Shown in pieces: positions 38,501 to 49,995 of a stretch of DNA of 64,000 nt (position 1 is the stretch's first letter; every line of letters begins with the position of its first letter). The DNA is from Chiloscyllium plagiosum (lineage: Eukaryota). The stretch is taken from positions 96,147,049 through 96,211,048 of the forward strand of contig NC_057718.1 of the NCBI RefSeq assembly GCF_004010195.1. Direction: 5' to 3'. Below the pieces are notes generated by a model. It made no database searches. It was not told the DNA's origin and was given only the letters and a program-made list of their open reading frames with translations. The position numbers and the translations under genes were made by a program.

Positions 38501-41500
38501 ACAACCTTTGATTCCCTTGACAACCAAAAACCCATCTATCTCCTTTTAAAATATATTCAATGACCTGGCCCCTACAGTCTTCTGTGGCTATGAATTCAAC
38601 AGATTCACCACTCTCTGGCTGAAGAAGTTTCGCCTTGTCTCCATTCTAAAGGGTCTTCCCTTTACTGTAATGCTGTGCCCTCGGATCCTGGTCTCTCCTG
38701 CCAATGGAAAGATCTGTGAACGTCCACTCTGTCCAGGCCATACAGTATTCTGTAAATTTCGATCAGATCCCCCCCACTTCCTTCTCAACTCCAAAGAGTA
38801 TAGCCCATGAGTCCTCAAACATTCCTCCTACGTTAAGCCTTTCATTCCTGGGATCATTCTAGTGAACCTCCTCTGGACCTGCTCCAGGACCAATACATCC
38901 TTCCTGAGGTATGGTTCCCAAAATTGCTCACAATGCTCTAAATGTGGTCTGACCAGAGCCTTATAAAACCTCAGAAGTACATCCCTGCTTTCATATTCTA
39001 GTCCTCTGGACGTTAATGACGACATTGTATTTACCTTCCTAACCACTGGCTCAACCTGCAAGTTAATCTTAAAAAAATCCTGGACTAGGACTCCCAAGTC
39101 TCTTTGCAATTCAAATTTCTGAATTCTCCCCCCATTTAGAAAATAATCCATTCCTCCATTTTCCCTCCCAAATGGCATGCCGTTACACATTTCTCCACAT
39201 TCCATTCCATCTGCCACTTCTTTGCCCATTCTCCTAACCTGTTCAAATCCTTCTGCAGCCTCCCTGTCTCCTCAGTGTTACCTGTCCCTCCTCCTATCTT
39301 TGTATCATTTGCAAACTTAGCCAGAATGCCCTCAGTGTTTTCCTCTAGATTGTTAATGCTTAAAGTGAAAAGTTGTGGTCCCAACACTGAGACATGCAGA
39401 ATACCACTTGTCACCCATCCTGAGAAGGACCCTTTTATCCCCATTCTCTGCTTTTCACCAGACAGCCAATCCTATATCCACCTTTGACCTCCTTGTAACT
39501 ATGTCTCTGTAGTGGCCATAAGTTCTTACACTTATTTACCCTTGTGCTGTTAATTCATTTATGTTATTTTTAATACAATGTATATAGGGTCGTAGAGCCA
39601 TAGAGATGAACAGCAGGGAAACAGACCCTTTGGTCCAACTCGTCCACGCCGACCAGATATCCTAACCTAATTGAGTTCTATTTGCCAGGACTTGGCCCAT
39701 ATCCCTCTAAACCCTTCCTATTCATATACCCATCCAGATGTCTTTTAAATGTTGTAATTGTACCAGCTTCCACCACTTCCTTTGGCAGCTCATTCCATAC
39801 ACATACCACCTCTGTGTGAAAAAGTTGCACTTTAGGTCCCTTTTGTATCTTTCCCCTCTCAACCTAAACCTATCCCCTCTAGTTCTGGATTCCCCCACCC
39901 CAGGGAAAAGACTTTGTCTATTTATCCTATCCATGTCCCTCATGAATTTATAAACCTCTATAAAGTCACCCAACAGCCTCCAACACTTCAGGGAAAACAG
40001 CCTCAGCTTATTCAGCCTCTCCCTGTAGCTCAAAGCCTTCAACCCTGGCAACATTCTTGTAAATCTTTCCTGAACCCTTTCAAGTTTCATGATGGCCTTT
40101 CGATAGGAAGGAAATCAGGATTGTTTGCAATATTCCAAAAGTGGCTTGACCAATGTCCTGAACAGTCACAATAAGACCTCCCAACTCCTATACTCTGACC
40201 AACAAAGGAAAGCATACTAAATTCACTATCCTATCTACCTACGACTCTACATTCAAGGAACTATGAACCTGCACTCCCTTGGACATTAACATTAAGTGTA
40301 TAAGTCCTGCTCTGATTTGCTTTTCCAAAATGCAGCACCTCACATTTATTTAAGTTAAACTCCATCTGCCACTCCTCAGCCCATTGGCTCATTGTAATAA
40401 AAGAAAATAGCCATTCATTTCACCATTTTAACATGATTTCCCCTGTTGACGCTATTTGCTCCTTTTTAAACATTTATGCACCATCGCTTTATGTTTCATC
40501 TTGGGTATCTTTGCCTAAATAGCTGCCCCATACTGCTGTGTATCCTTTTTGTTTTATGAGTCTACTTATCCCCAATCCTCAATTTTCCCCTTGACTAATT
40601 AGTTTGAAGCCCTCTTTAAAGTTCTAGATTATTCATTTCGCCAGGGCATTAATCCCCAGCACTTTTCAAGTGAAGTCCTTTATACCAGAAACAGTTCCCT
40701 TCTACCCTAGTATTGGTGCCAGCACCCCACGAACTGAAACTCGTTCCTTCCTAACCAATCTTTGAGTCATGCAGGTAACTCCTTGCGTTTATTTACACCG
40801 TGTCAGCTTGCCTATGGCTTAGATAGTCATCCAGAAACTATTTCCTGGAAAAGATGCTATTAAACGGAAAAGGGTGCAAAAAAGATTTACAAGGATGTTA
40901 CGAGACTGGGAGGTTTGAGTTATGAGGAGAGGTTGGATAGGTTGGGACTTTTTTCACAAGAATGTAGGAGGCTGAGGGGTGACCTTATTGAGGTTTATAA
41001 AATTCTTAGGACCATAGATAAGGTGAATGACCTAGGCCTTTTCCTCAGGGGAGGGGAGTCCAAAACTAGAGGGCAAAGTTTTAAAGTGAGAGGGAAAAGA
41101 TTTAAAACGGACCTGTGGAGCAACGTTTTCACGCAGAGGGTAGTGTGTAAATGAGGTGAGCTGCCAGAGGAAGTGGTAGCGGTAGATACAGTTACAACAT
41201 TTCAAAGATGTTTGGACAGGTACATGGATTGGAAAGATTCAGGGGGATATGGGCCAAACGCAGGTAAATGACACTAGTTCAGTTTAGAAAACCTGGTCAG
41301 CAGGGACAAGTCAGGCCAAAGGGCCTGTTTCTGTCCTTTATGACTCTATGACTCTAACTATTCAAAATCTTTCAGCAGTATCTCCTTTCCAGGTCTATTA
41401 ACCTTGTTCATACCAATACGGTTGATGACAACTGGATCCCTCCTCTCCCACTCCCAGGCTCTCTCCCACTCCCAGGCCCTCTCCAGCCCGAAGGAGATGT

Positions 41501-42050
41501 CATGAATCTTGACACTAGCCATGCAATGCAGACATTAGAACTCACACTTACATCATTGTGGTGGTGGGATGGTATCTATCCTCTTAATGGATGTGGTCCC
41601 ACCACTACAATATTCCTATACCCTTCCCTATTTGAATGGTGCTCCCCATCATGCTGTCATGATCAGTTTGCTCATCCATCTTGCAGTCCCCACTCTCTCA
41701 CAGTTTGCAAGAACCTCATATCTTTTGGACAGCTGCAAAGACAGAGGCTCATGAAGAGTTAGCTCTTGGGTCTCTATACCTGCCTCATCCACAAGCACAC
41801 CATCCTGCCCTTTACAACAGACAAAGTTTGAACGATCTAAACTAAGGGGTTTGACTGCCTTATGGAGCAAAGTATCCTGCTCTCCCCTCTCTGATGTGGC
41901 TCAATCTCTGTAGCAAGGACCTCAGCTCCTTAATTTGCACCCAAAGTTGTTCGAGTTACAAACACAAAAGTGCTCATTGTGGATCACCTTGGTGTCCAGC
42001 AGCTCCCATATGCTGCAGCTGTTACACATCTGACATGTCCAATATATTTT
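35590..42050 (-). mobile_element. Nested CR1 cluster: an old long CR1 with younger CR1 copies at ~35875-36690, ~38385-39480, ~39590-40395 (all -) and 40845-41355 (+)
   Basis: RT peptides VTSGILHVSVLGPQLFTL...KFANDTKIGG and YKALVRPHLEHCEQFW, endonuclease-like TRDQAILDLV, and several independent CR1 3' tails. Confidence 0.8.
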
Positions 42051-42108
42051 ACTTCAAGCATTAATAAAATCACTCCAGTATCCCTGACCTTTACACTTGA
42101 AGAATCCT

Positions 42109-42317
42109 AGGAGAAAGTGAGGACTGCAGATGCTGGAGACCAGAGTTGAAAAGTGTGGTGCTGGAAAAGCGCAGCCGGCCAGGCAGCATCCGAGGAGCAG
42201 GAGAATCGATGTTTCGGGCATAAGCCCTTCTTCAGGAAGGAGGGCTTATGTCCGAAACGTCGATTCTCCTGCTCCTCGGATGCTGCCTGGCCCACTGCGC
42301 TTTTCCAGCACCACATT
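42109..42317. mobile_element. Penelope-like palindromic insertion
   Basis: Near-perfect inverted arms centred on ~42235; TSD-like TTGAAGAAT(C/T)CT on both sides. Confidence 0.85.
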
Positions 42318-42699
42318 TGAAGAATTCTGACACTTAACACTTTTGCTTTCTTTTTCTTTTTTGACCAGAAACTGATATCAATCTTATAACTAACAAGCTA
42401 TTTTTAATGCAAAGGTAAAAAAAAAAAACACGCTGGAGCCCTAAACATAAAATAAAGACCTTATTTTTACTTTAAAGACAAGGTGTACTCATCAATCCTA
42501 CTGACCAATCAGCTGATTTGTTTAAGTAAAAGCAGCTCCAATTTGTTTTTCCTTGCTTCCCTCCTTAAGATGCTCAACACTAATATTCTATTGTAATTTG
42601 TATTCATGTATTAAATCACACTAAGTTGTCCACTTCTACCTGCTCAGAATATAAAGGTTCTAAATGTGTTAGTTAATAAAGAACCAGTTTCAACAAGGG

Positions 42700-42807
42700 G
42701 TCAGGATGGCCGAGTGGTCTAAGGCACCAGACTCAAGGAATTAAATCCTTCCGCATAAAGGCTGGGTGTTCTGGTCTCCAACTGGAGTTTGAATCCCACT
42801 TCTGACA
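42700..42807 (+). pseudogene. tRNA-Leu(CAA) pseudogene with a 31-nt intron
   Basis: GTCAGGATGGCCGAGTGGTCTAAGGCACCAGACTCAAG [intron 42738-42768] TTCTGGTCTCCAACTGGAG...TTTGAATCCCACTTCTGACA. The anticodon CAA is at 42734-42736. The 5' T-stem (GCGTGGG in the canonical gene) is deleted and TTCG has become TTTG. Confidence 0.85.
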
Positions 42808-42818
42808 AGTACCTTTGT

Positions 42819-43125
42819 GGGCGGCACGGTGGCACAGTGGTTAGTACTGCTGCCTCACTGTGCCAGGGACCCGGGTTCAATTCCCACCTCAGGCGACTGA
42901 CTGTGTGGAGTTTGCACATTCTCCCCGTGTCTGTGTGGGTTTCCACCGAGTGCTCTGGTTCCCTCCCACAGTCCAAAAACATGCAGGTTAGGTGAATTGG
43001 CCATGCTAAATTGCCTGTAGTGTTAGATGAAGGGGTAAATGTAGGGGAATGGGTCTGGCTGGGTTATGTGTCAATGTAGACTTGTTGGGCTGAAGGGTCT
43101 CTTTCCACACTGTAAGTAATCTAAT
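42819..43125 (+). mobile_element. Full-length HE1-type V-SINE
   Basis: tRNA-like head with A and B boxes, V-domain and HER1-like tail ending tgtaagtaatctaat. Confidence 0.9.
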
Positions 43126-44182
43126 ATTAAAAAGAAACTCTTTCTTAATTAGGCTGCTCTTTCAATGCATCTCTTGCAAGTAGACCTGTTCAATGCTCAC
43201 AGCTACTGAATGTTAAACTTTAATGCCAACTACACATTACAATGTAAATTAGGTTGCATACATTAAATACTTGGACACTTCCTTACCCAACAAATGCATG
43301 CACACAGTCCCAAGTTTATCCCAGCATTCTCTCTAAGTCTCTACCCAAGCCGACTTCTTCAAAGATCCACCAGCGAAAAACCTGAAATCTGACCCAGAGC
43401 TTTCTCACTGCGTCAGTGATGCTGAAAACAGCATCAGCTTGAATCAGGAGGTTGTGAAAACAAGTTCCATTTCAGAACCGGGGCACATCATTCATGGTGC
43501 CAATTTCTGGAGATGTTGACTCAAGTCACTGTCTGCCTATTCAGATGAAGACAAAGACCATGGCATTTTTAGTTTAGTTCCAGTGCCCCAGCAGTACATC
43601 CCCCTCACTCCCATATCAAATAACACTACCTCCAACAGATTAAATGGCCATTCATCTCATTTTCTGCTTTATGGAGAACTGCTGTACCCAAGTACCTTTA
43701 TTTGCCTACATAACAAGAGTAATTGCACTTCATCAGGTAATTAACTGCATGTGAAAGGTTTTGATCTGTCCTGAGATATGATGGTGCTATATAAAAGCAG
43801 CTTCTTTGCCACACTTTTTAATTGACTTCAGTACCATTACAACAAAGATTTTTTTTGTGACTGGACTTTTTGTGAGGTTCCCACAATCTCCTAACATTGC
43901 TTTAGCAGAGGGTGAGTGGAAACTGGAGATATTATTGTTTTCTGCCATTTTCACCACGTTTTCGAGAAAGATGCCAACTTTACCATCAAAAGGAGGAACG
44001 TAAAGGACTTCTCACGACTCCATTCATTTTGTTAATGATCTGTCACAATCTGCCTGAAGATCTGATCAATTTTACTCTGAAGGGCAGGACAACATCAAGC
44101 AATTCCATAACTTTGCATACGTAAGTACAGAGAATCTACTAAGTGTGAACAGATCAAGGTCTTTCTGATTGATCCTCTCTTA

Positions 44183-44496
44183 GGGCAGCACGGTGGCTCA
44201 GTGGTTAACACTGCTGCCTCACAGCACCAGGGACCCAGGTTTGATTCCAACCTCGGGCGACTGTCTGTGCGGAGTTGTCTTCGTGTCTGCGTGGGTTTCC
44301 CCCGGGTACTCCGGTTTCCTCCCACAGTCCAAAGATGTGCAGGCTAGGTGAATTGGCCATACTAAATTGCCCACAGTTTCCAGGGGTGTGTCAGTTAGGT
44401 GCATTAGTCATGGGAAATGTAGAGTGGGTGGGATACTCTTCAGAGGGTTGGTGGGCCAAATGACCTATTTCCACTGTGTAGGGATTCTATTCTATC
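44183..44496 (+). mobile_element. HE1-type V-SINE
   Basis: Same architecture as 42819-43125 with a small internal deletion. Confidence 0.88.
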
Positions 44497-44507
44497 ATAC
44501 TCCTGCT

Positions 44508-44917
44508 AGAATAGAACATAGAACATAGAACATAGTAGAACATAGAACATAGAACAATACAGCACAGAACAGGCCCTTCGGCCCACAATGTTGTGCTGAA
44601 CATTTGTCCTAGCTTAAGCACCCATCCATGTACCTATCCAATTGCCACTTAAAGTTCGCCAATGATTCTGACTCTGCCACTCCCACAGGCAGCGCATTCC
44701 ATGCCCCCACCACTCCATTGCAAGGGCAATGGAGTTTTAAATGAGCTGTAGTCATAGAGTCATAGAGATGTACAGCATGGAAACAGACCCTTCAGTCCAA
44801 CCCATCCATGCCGACCAGATATCCCAACCCAATCTAGTCCCACCTGCCAGCACCCGGCCCATATCCCTCCAAACCCTTCCTATTCATATACCCATCCAAA
44901 TGCCTCTTAAATGTTGC
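44508..44917 (-). mobile_element. Two adjacent CR1 3' ends ((AGAACAT)n-tailed family and HER1-like family)
   Basis: (TAGAACA)n at 44508-44555, then gagtcatagagatgtacagc...ccatatccctccaaacccttcc. Confidence 0.8.
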
Positions 44918-44927
44918 ATGATCTAAA

Positions 44928-45090
44928 TCTCAATGTTTTGGGCAGAAGCTCTTCATCAGGAACTCCTGATGAAGGGCTCCTGCCCGAAACATCTATTTTC
45001 CTGCTCCTTGGATGCTGCCTGACCTGCTGTGCTTTTCCAGCACCCTCTAATCTAGACTCTAACCTCCAACATCTGCAGTCCTCACTTTCA
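44928..45090. mobile_element. Penelope-like terminus with back-to-back hammerhead motifs
   Basis: gctcttcatcagg-aact-cCTGATGAaGGGCtcctGCCCGAAAc. Confidence 0.8.
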
Positions 45091-45094
45091 CCAT

Positions 45095-45885
45095 TGAGCA
45101 AAATGCAGTTACTCCAATCTTTGTGTTGTTCGCAAACTTAATAATTTGGCTACCTACATTCACTTTCAATCATTTATATACAAACAACTGATCCCTGCAG
45201 AATATCACTGCTCACAGACCTTCAGACAGAAAAACACTCTCCCACTATTACTCTCTGTCTTCTATGACTAAGCCACTTCTGTATCTGTCTTACCAGCTCA
45301 ATGTGGATCCCATGTCATTTCACCTTTAGTATCAGCCTGCCATGTGGAGCCTTGTCAAAGGCCTTGCTAAAGCCTATGTACACAATTTCTATCACCTTGC
45401 CCTCAATTTTGTCACTTTGTCAAAAAACTCAAACACGTTTGTGAAACATGATCTACCCCGCGCAACTTCATGTTGCCTATTGCTAATAAATTCATACTGT
45501 GAGTGAATCTTAACTCCTAGAATCTTCTCCAATAATTTCCCTACCACCGACGTAAGGCTCACTGCCCTGTAATTTCCTGGATTATCCCTGTTGCCCTTCT
45601 TAAACAAAGGGACAACGTTGGCTATCCTCCAGTCCTCTGAGACCTCTCCTGTGACGAAAGCAGGTATTTTGCAGTGATTCGCTCAGCATTCTGGGATAGA
45701 TCCCATTAGACTCCAGGGACTGGTCTCCCTAAATGGTTTTCAAAACACCCAACACCACCTTCATTTTGATATAGTCTTGTCCTGGAATATCAACATATCC
45801 CTCTCTGGACTCACCATCCATGTCCTTCTCCTTTGTCAATACCGATGCAAAGTATTTGTTTAAGGACCTCATCCACTTTCTCCAG
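45095..45885 (-). mobile_element. CR1 reverse transcriptase fragment
   Basis: Peptide FKKGNRDNPGNYRAVSLTSVVGKLLEKIL...GRSCFTN. Confidence 0.88.
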
Positions 45886-46068
45886 ATAAATTTCCTACTT
45901 AATTCTACATTTTCTTGTGGTCCTCTGGGTTTTGCCTACCTATCTACCAATCCTCGACTGTGGCCAGACATCCCAACTCAACCCAGCTGGCTCCAGGATA
46001 GGAACTGTAAAATTGAGATTTTTGTTGATCAGAAGACAATGCATGTCAGCAAGCATGGGGGGGGGGGG

Positions 46069-46147
46069 TTGGCTTGGTGGTGGTGGTGAACCCGGGTCTC
46101 AGGCGCTGTGAGGCAGCAGTGCTAACCACTGTGCCACCGTGCCGCCC
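46069..46147 (-). mobile_element. HE1-type SINE head fragment
   Basis: Reverse complement of GGGCGGCACGGTGGCACAGTGGTTAGCACTGCTGCCTCACAGCGCC. Confidence 0.8.
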
Positions 46148-46489
46148 ACCGCTTGGTGGTGGTGGTGGTGATGGTGGTGGGGGAAATGGGGTTGGGTAGG
46201 GGGCGCGGGATTTGCTGCATGTTACAATACAGGGCAGCAGAGTCACGGAGTTGTACACCATGGAAGAGGCTCTTTGGCCAAACAAGTCTGCACTGACCTA
46301 TCTAAGCTAGCCCTACTTTCCAGCATTGGGCCCGTAGCCTTTAACAGTCTAACATCACAGATGCTCATTCACTTATGTTTCAGCGCTTCAGACAGGAGTA
46401 CATTTGTAAGGGGCAGAACGTGATTAGCCAGGAGGGTGCTGGAATCCTCAGATTTAGAACTACCAAAGAGGAGGTGACCCTAAATCTCT

Positions 46490-47085
46490 GAGGAAACATG
46501 CAAGTTAAGAGCAGGCACGGGCCATTTGGCCCCTCTAGCCTGCTCCACTCGGCTTGAGTCCACGGTATCAATTGGCACCCTTGTTGGTCAAGAATCTATC
46601 TAAATATGCCTGAAAAGTTTTTAAAATATGTTGCTCCTTCTACCTTCTGGGTGGAAATGTCAAACAACTCTTGAGCGTCTGAAAGAAAAATGTCCTTCTT
46701 CTCGCTGTCGTAAATGGGATATCTTTTGCGTTAAAACTGTGGTCCCTTGTTCTAGTTGGTCACTCAAGGGGAAACATCTTCTCACCATCCATCCTACTAC
46801 TTCCTGTCAGAATCTTGTATGTTGTAATAACATCACCTCTCGTTCGTCAAAAATCAAATAGGTACAGACATAGTCTACCCAGCCTTTCCTCATAAGATAG
46901 CCTCTCATGCCAGGCGCCAGTCAAGTGAACCTTCTCCGAACTGCACTTAACACTTCTAACATCCTTTCTTAGATAAAGAGGACAACACTTTACACAATAT
47001 TCCATAGGTGGCCTCACCAAACTTTCATACAATTGTGGTAAAACCTTCCTACATTTATGTTCTATTTCCCTTCCACGAAACTACA
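46490..47085 (-). mobile_element. Old CR1 3' fragment
   Basis: Peptide YESLVRPPMEYCVKCCPLYLRKD...LSYEERLGRL. Confidence 0.75.
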
Positions 47086-47104
47086 GCAAGGTCAGGCGAT
47101 ATTA

Positions 47105-47252
47105 AAAGTAGTCACCATAGTCCCACTCTTTCATTAGAGAGAGACGACTGATGGTGGTTTGACCTGAGGGTCACCATGTCTCAGATGAGGGAAGATATTC
47201 AGATGCAGAGTCCTTCATGGTAACCTCAGCTGGAATTGAACCCGAGCTATTA
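47105..47252 (-). mobile_element. tRNA-derived SINE, family A
   Basis: Reverse complement of the family A core (gactgatggtggtttgacctgagggtcacc). Confidence 0.65.
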
Positions 47253-47259
47253 GTCAGAG

Positions 47260-48316
47260 GAAGAGTAGAGGTGTAGACTATTTTCTAAAAGGCTTTGGAA
47301 AGCTAAAGCACCAAGGGACTTGGGAGTGCGAGTTCAGGATTCTCTAAAAGTTAACTGGCAAGCTCTGCTTACGGGGACATGATAGCCTAGTGTTATTATG
47401 ACTGGACTATTAATCCAAGAGTCCCAGGTAATACTCTGGGGACCTGAGTTCAAATCCTAACATGGCCGCTGGTGGAATTTAAATTCAATAGATAGAATTA
47501 AGAGTCTAATGATGACCATTGCGAGGAAAATCTGGTTAAGTAATGTCCTTTAGGGATGGTAATTGTTGTCCTTATCTGGTCTACGTGTGACACCAGACCC
47601 ACAGCATGGCTGACACTTAATGCAATGCATAATAAATAGCCAGTGACAGCCACGTCTCATGAAAAAGCTGGCAGTTAGGAAGGCAAATACAATGTTAACA
47701 TTTCAGAGGGCTACAAAAGCAGAGGTGTACTGCTGAGAGCGTTTAAGACTCTGATCAGACCATACTTGGAATATTTCGAGCTGTTTCGGGCCCTGCATTT
47801 AAGGAATACATTGGAGGGGGCCCAAAAGGTCTTTACAAGAATAATCCCAGGGTTGAAGGTCTTGTCATATGAGGAGCATTTGAGGACTCCGCGTCTGCAC
47901 TCAGTGAACTTGGAAGCTTGAAGGGGAATCTCACTGAACCTTGCAGAATACTGAGTGGGATGGATAGAGTGCATGTGCAGAAGATGTTTTCATTTGCAGG
48001 AGAGACTAACACCTGAGGGCACAGCCTCAGAGTGAAGGGACATGCCTTTATAACTGAGATGAGGAGGATTTTTTCAGCTAGAGAGTGGTTAATCTGTGGA
48101 ACTTATTGCCACAGAAGGCTGTGGATGCCAAGTCATTGAGAGTATTTAAGACAGAAATAGATTGGTTTTTGAAATCGTAAAGATTCAAGGGTTATGGGGA
48201 GAAGGCAGGAGAATGGGATTGAGAAACATATCAGCCATGATCGAATGGTGAAGCAGACTTGACGGGCCGAATGACCTAATTCTGCTCCTATATGTTAAGG
48301 TCTTATGGCCTTATGA
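47260..48316 (+). mobile_element. CR1 LINE 3' fragment interrupted by SINE family B (47372-47668)
   Basis: CR1 sequence resumes after the SINE (ggcagttaggaaggcaaatacaatgtt) and ends in a (tcttatgg) tail. Confidence 0.8.
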
Positions 48317-49279
48317 TTACTTTGCATCAGCAACCAGCCATCCAGCCAAGTGAGCTTACCAACTCATATTTGGTGTGGAAATAGGTGGCAACATTCGAAG
48401 AAAAGGTCAGGTATAACAGCGCCAAGAAAACACATTAGATACCTAACCACAAGACCGTTAGGATAACGTGGTCTATGTCCAATCAGTACAGGAAATGATT
48501 TGGTCACCGCTACCATTATATGAAAGAGATATTTATAATTCATCTTTGGACTGTTATGAAAGCCAATGTCTATCACAACAATAATACACACCCATTTAGA
48601 CTTGAGAAAAGAGGGATTGGTTAACTCATTGGATTGTCAGTGTGAAGAGTTGGTGCCCTGTAAATTTCCTTCATTTATAGTGAAGCCTCTGTGCTTTAAA
48701 GCACTTATTTCTTTTAAAGTGTTCATTTGCTTAAGAATTTGCAGATGAGCTGAGGAAGTGAGCAAAGTTTTACCTGTTTGATGACAAGTTCAGCTTGTGA
48801 CAAATATAGAGGGAATAAATTAAGGAATGTGAGTTGTGGAATATTTAGTGATTACATCAGCAACTTGCAATGTATTGCTCAAGCCTTGCTAAATTGGTTT
48901 GATTTGAGAGCAGTCCCTTTGGTGTTGCTAACTGAATAATGTCATAACTTGTCTCCCCATTTAGGTAGACTGCTCTTCTTGACACAGCTCCTACTCATTT
49001 TAATTCCTGTGGTAATTCAGTGAATTTAAGTATCAAGAGCCATTCAAGCCTATAATATCATTTCAGAAGCTTTGTATTGTCTGCTATTAATATTAGAATT
49101 GCCTGCCGTTTGAACTGGAATTTTTAGACATAGTTTCTCGCAATTTGTGGCACCTTTTATGTATGCTGGTAATTAGCTGAAATTTTCTGATATGTAATGC
49201 CGATTGCTTTTGGATATAATGATTGCTTGTGATTTAACATGGAGTTTCATCATGCTGTGTCTCTGCCCAAGCTCCCAGG

Positions 49280-49995
49280 GACACAGTGGTGTAGAGGTAA
49301 TTACTGGACTAGTAATCCAGAAATCCAGACTGATCTTCTGGGGATTTGAGCTTGAATTGCACCATCACTGAATGTGAAATTTGAACACTATCAAGTGTTT
49401 TTAAAAGAGAACACTGGAATAAGAAACTAGCCTAATGGCAACCACTTTCGATTGTCATAAAACCCCACCTGGGTCACTGATGTCTTTTAGGGAGGGAAAT
49501 CTGCCATTCTTATTTGGTCTGGTCATGACTCCAGCAATATGATTCTTAACTGGCCTCTGGTAATTGGGGGAAGGCAATAAAGATCCACATCCCAGGAATG
49601 AATTTTTGATATAGCTACATCGTCCATGTGGAACAGGGGGTTTTGAGAAGCATCCCCTGAAGAAAGCAGAAAACTGTTTAATTTTTTCTTATTATCCATT
49701 GAATGTGGGTAGTGCTGACTAGGCCAGCGTTTATTGCCCATCCCTAAGAATCAACCACATTGTTGAGGTTTTGGAATCACATTCCAAAGGCCAAATCAGA
49801 TAAAGATGGCACTTTCTTTCTCTAAAGGGAATTAATGAACAATTACTTCATGGTCATCATTAGGTTCTTAGCTCCAGATTTTTATTGAACTCCAATCCCA
49901 CCATCTCCTGGAATGGGATTTGAACTGGGTCTCCACACTTTTGCTGGAGTCTCCATTAAGTAGCCTAGCGATGGTGCCACTAACCCATTGCCCCC
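49280..49995. mobile_element. Two SINE family B copies in opposite orientation (49280-49605 +, 49690-49995 -)
   Basis: Core ggactagtaatccaga...tgtcttttagggagggaaatctgcc and tail ggcaataaa...cacatcccaggaatgaat. Confidence 0.7.

Noticed and set aside
42700..42807. Functional tRNA-Leu gene
   Set aside because: The T-stem deletion and B-box change prevent a normal cloverleaf, so it is called a pseudogene.
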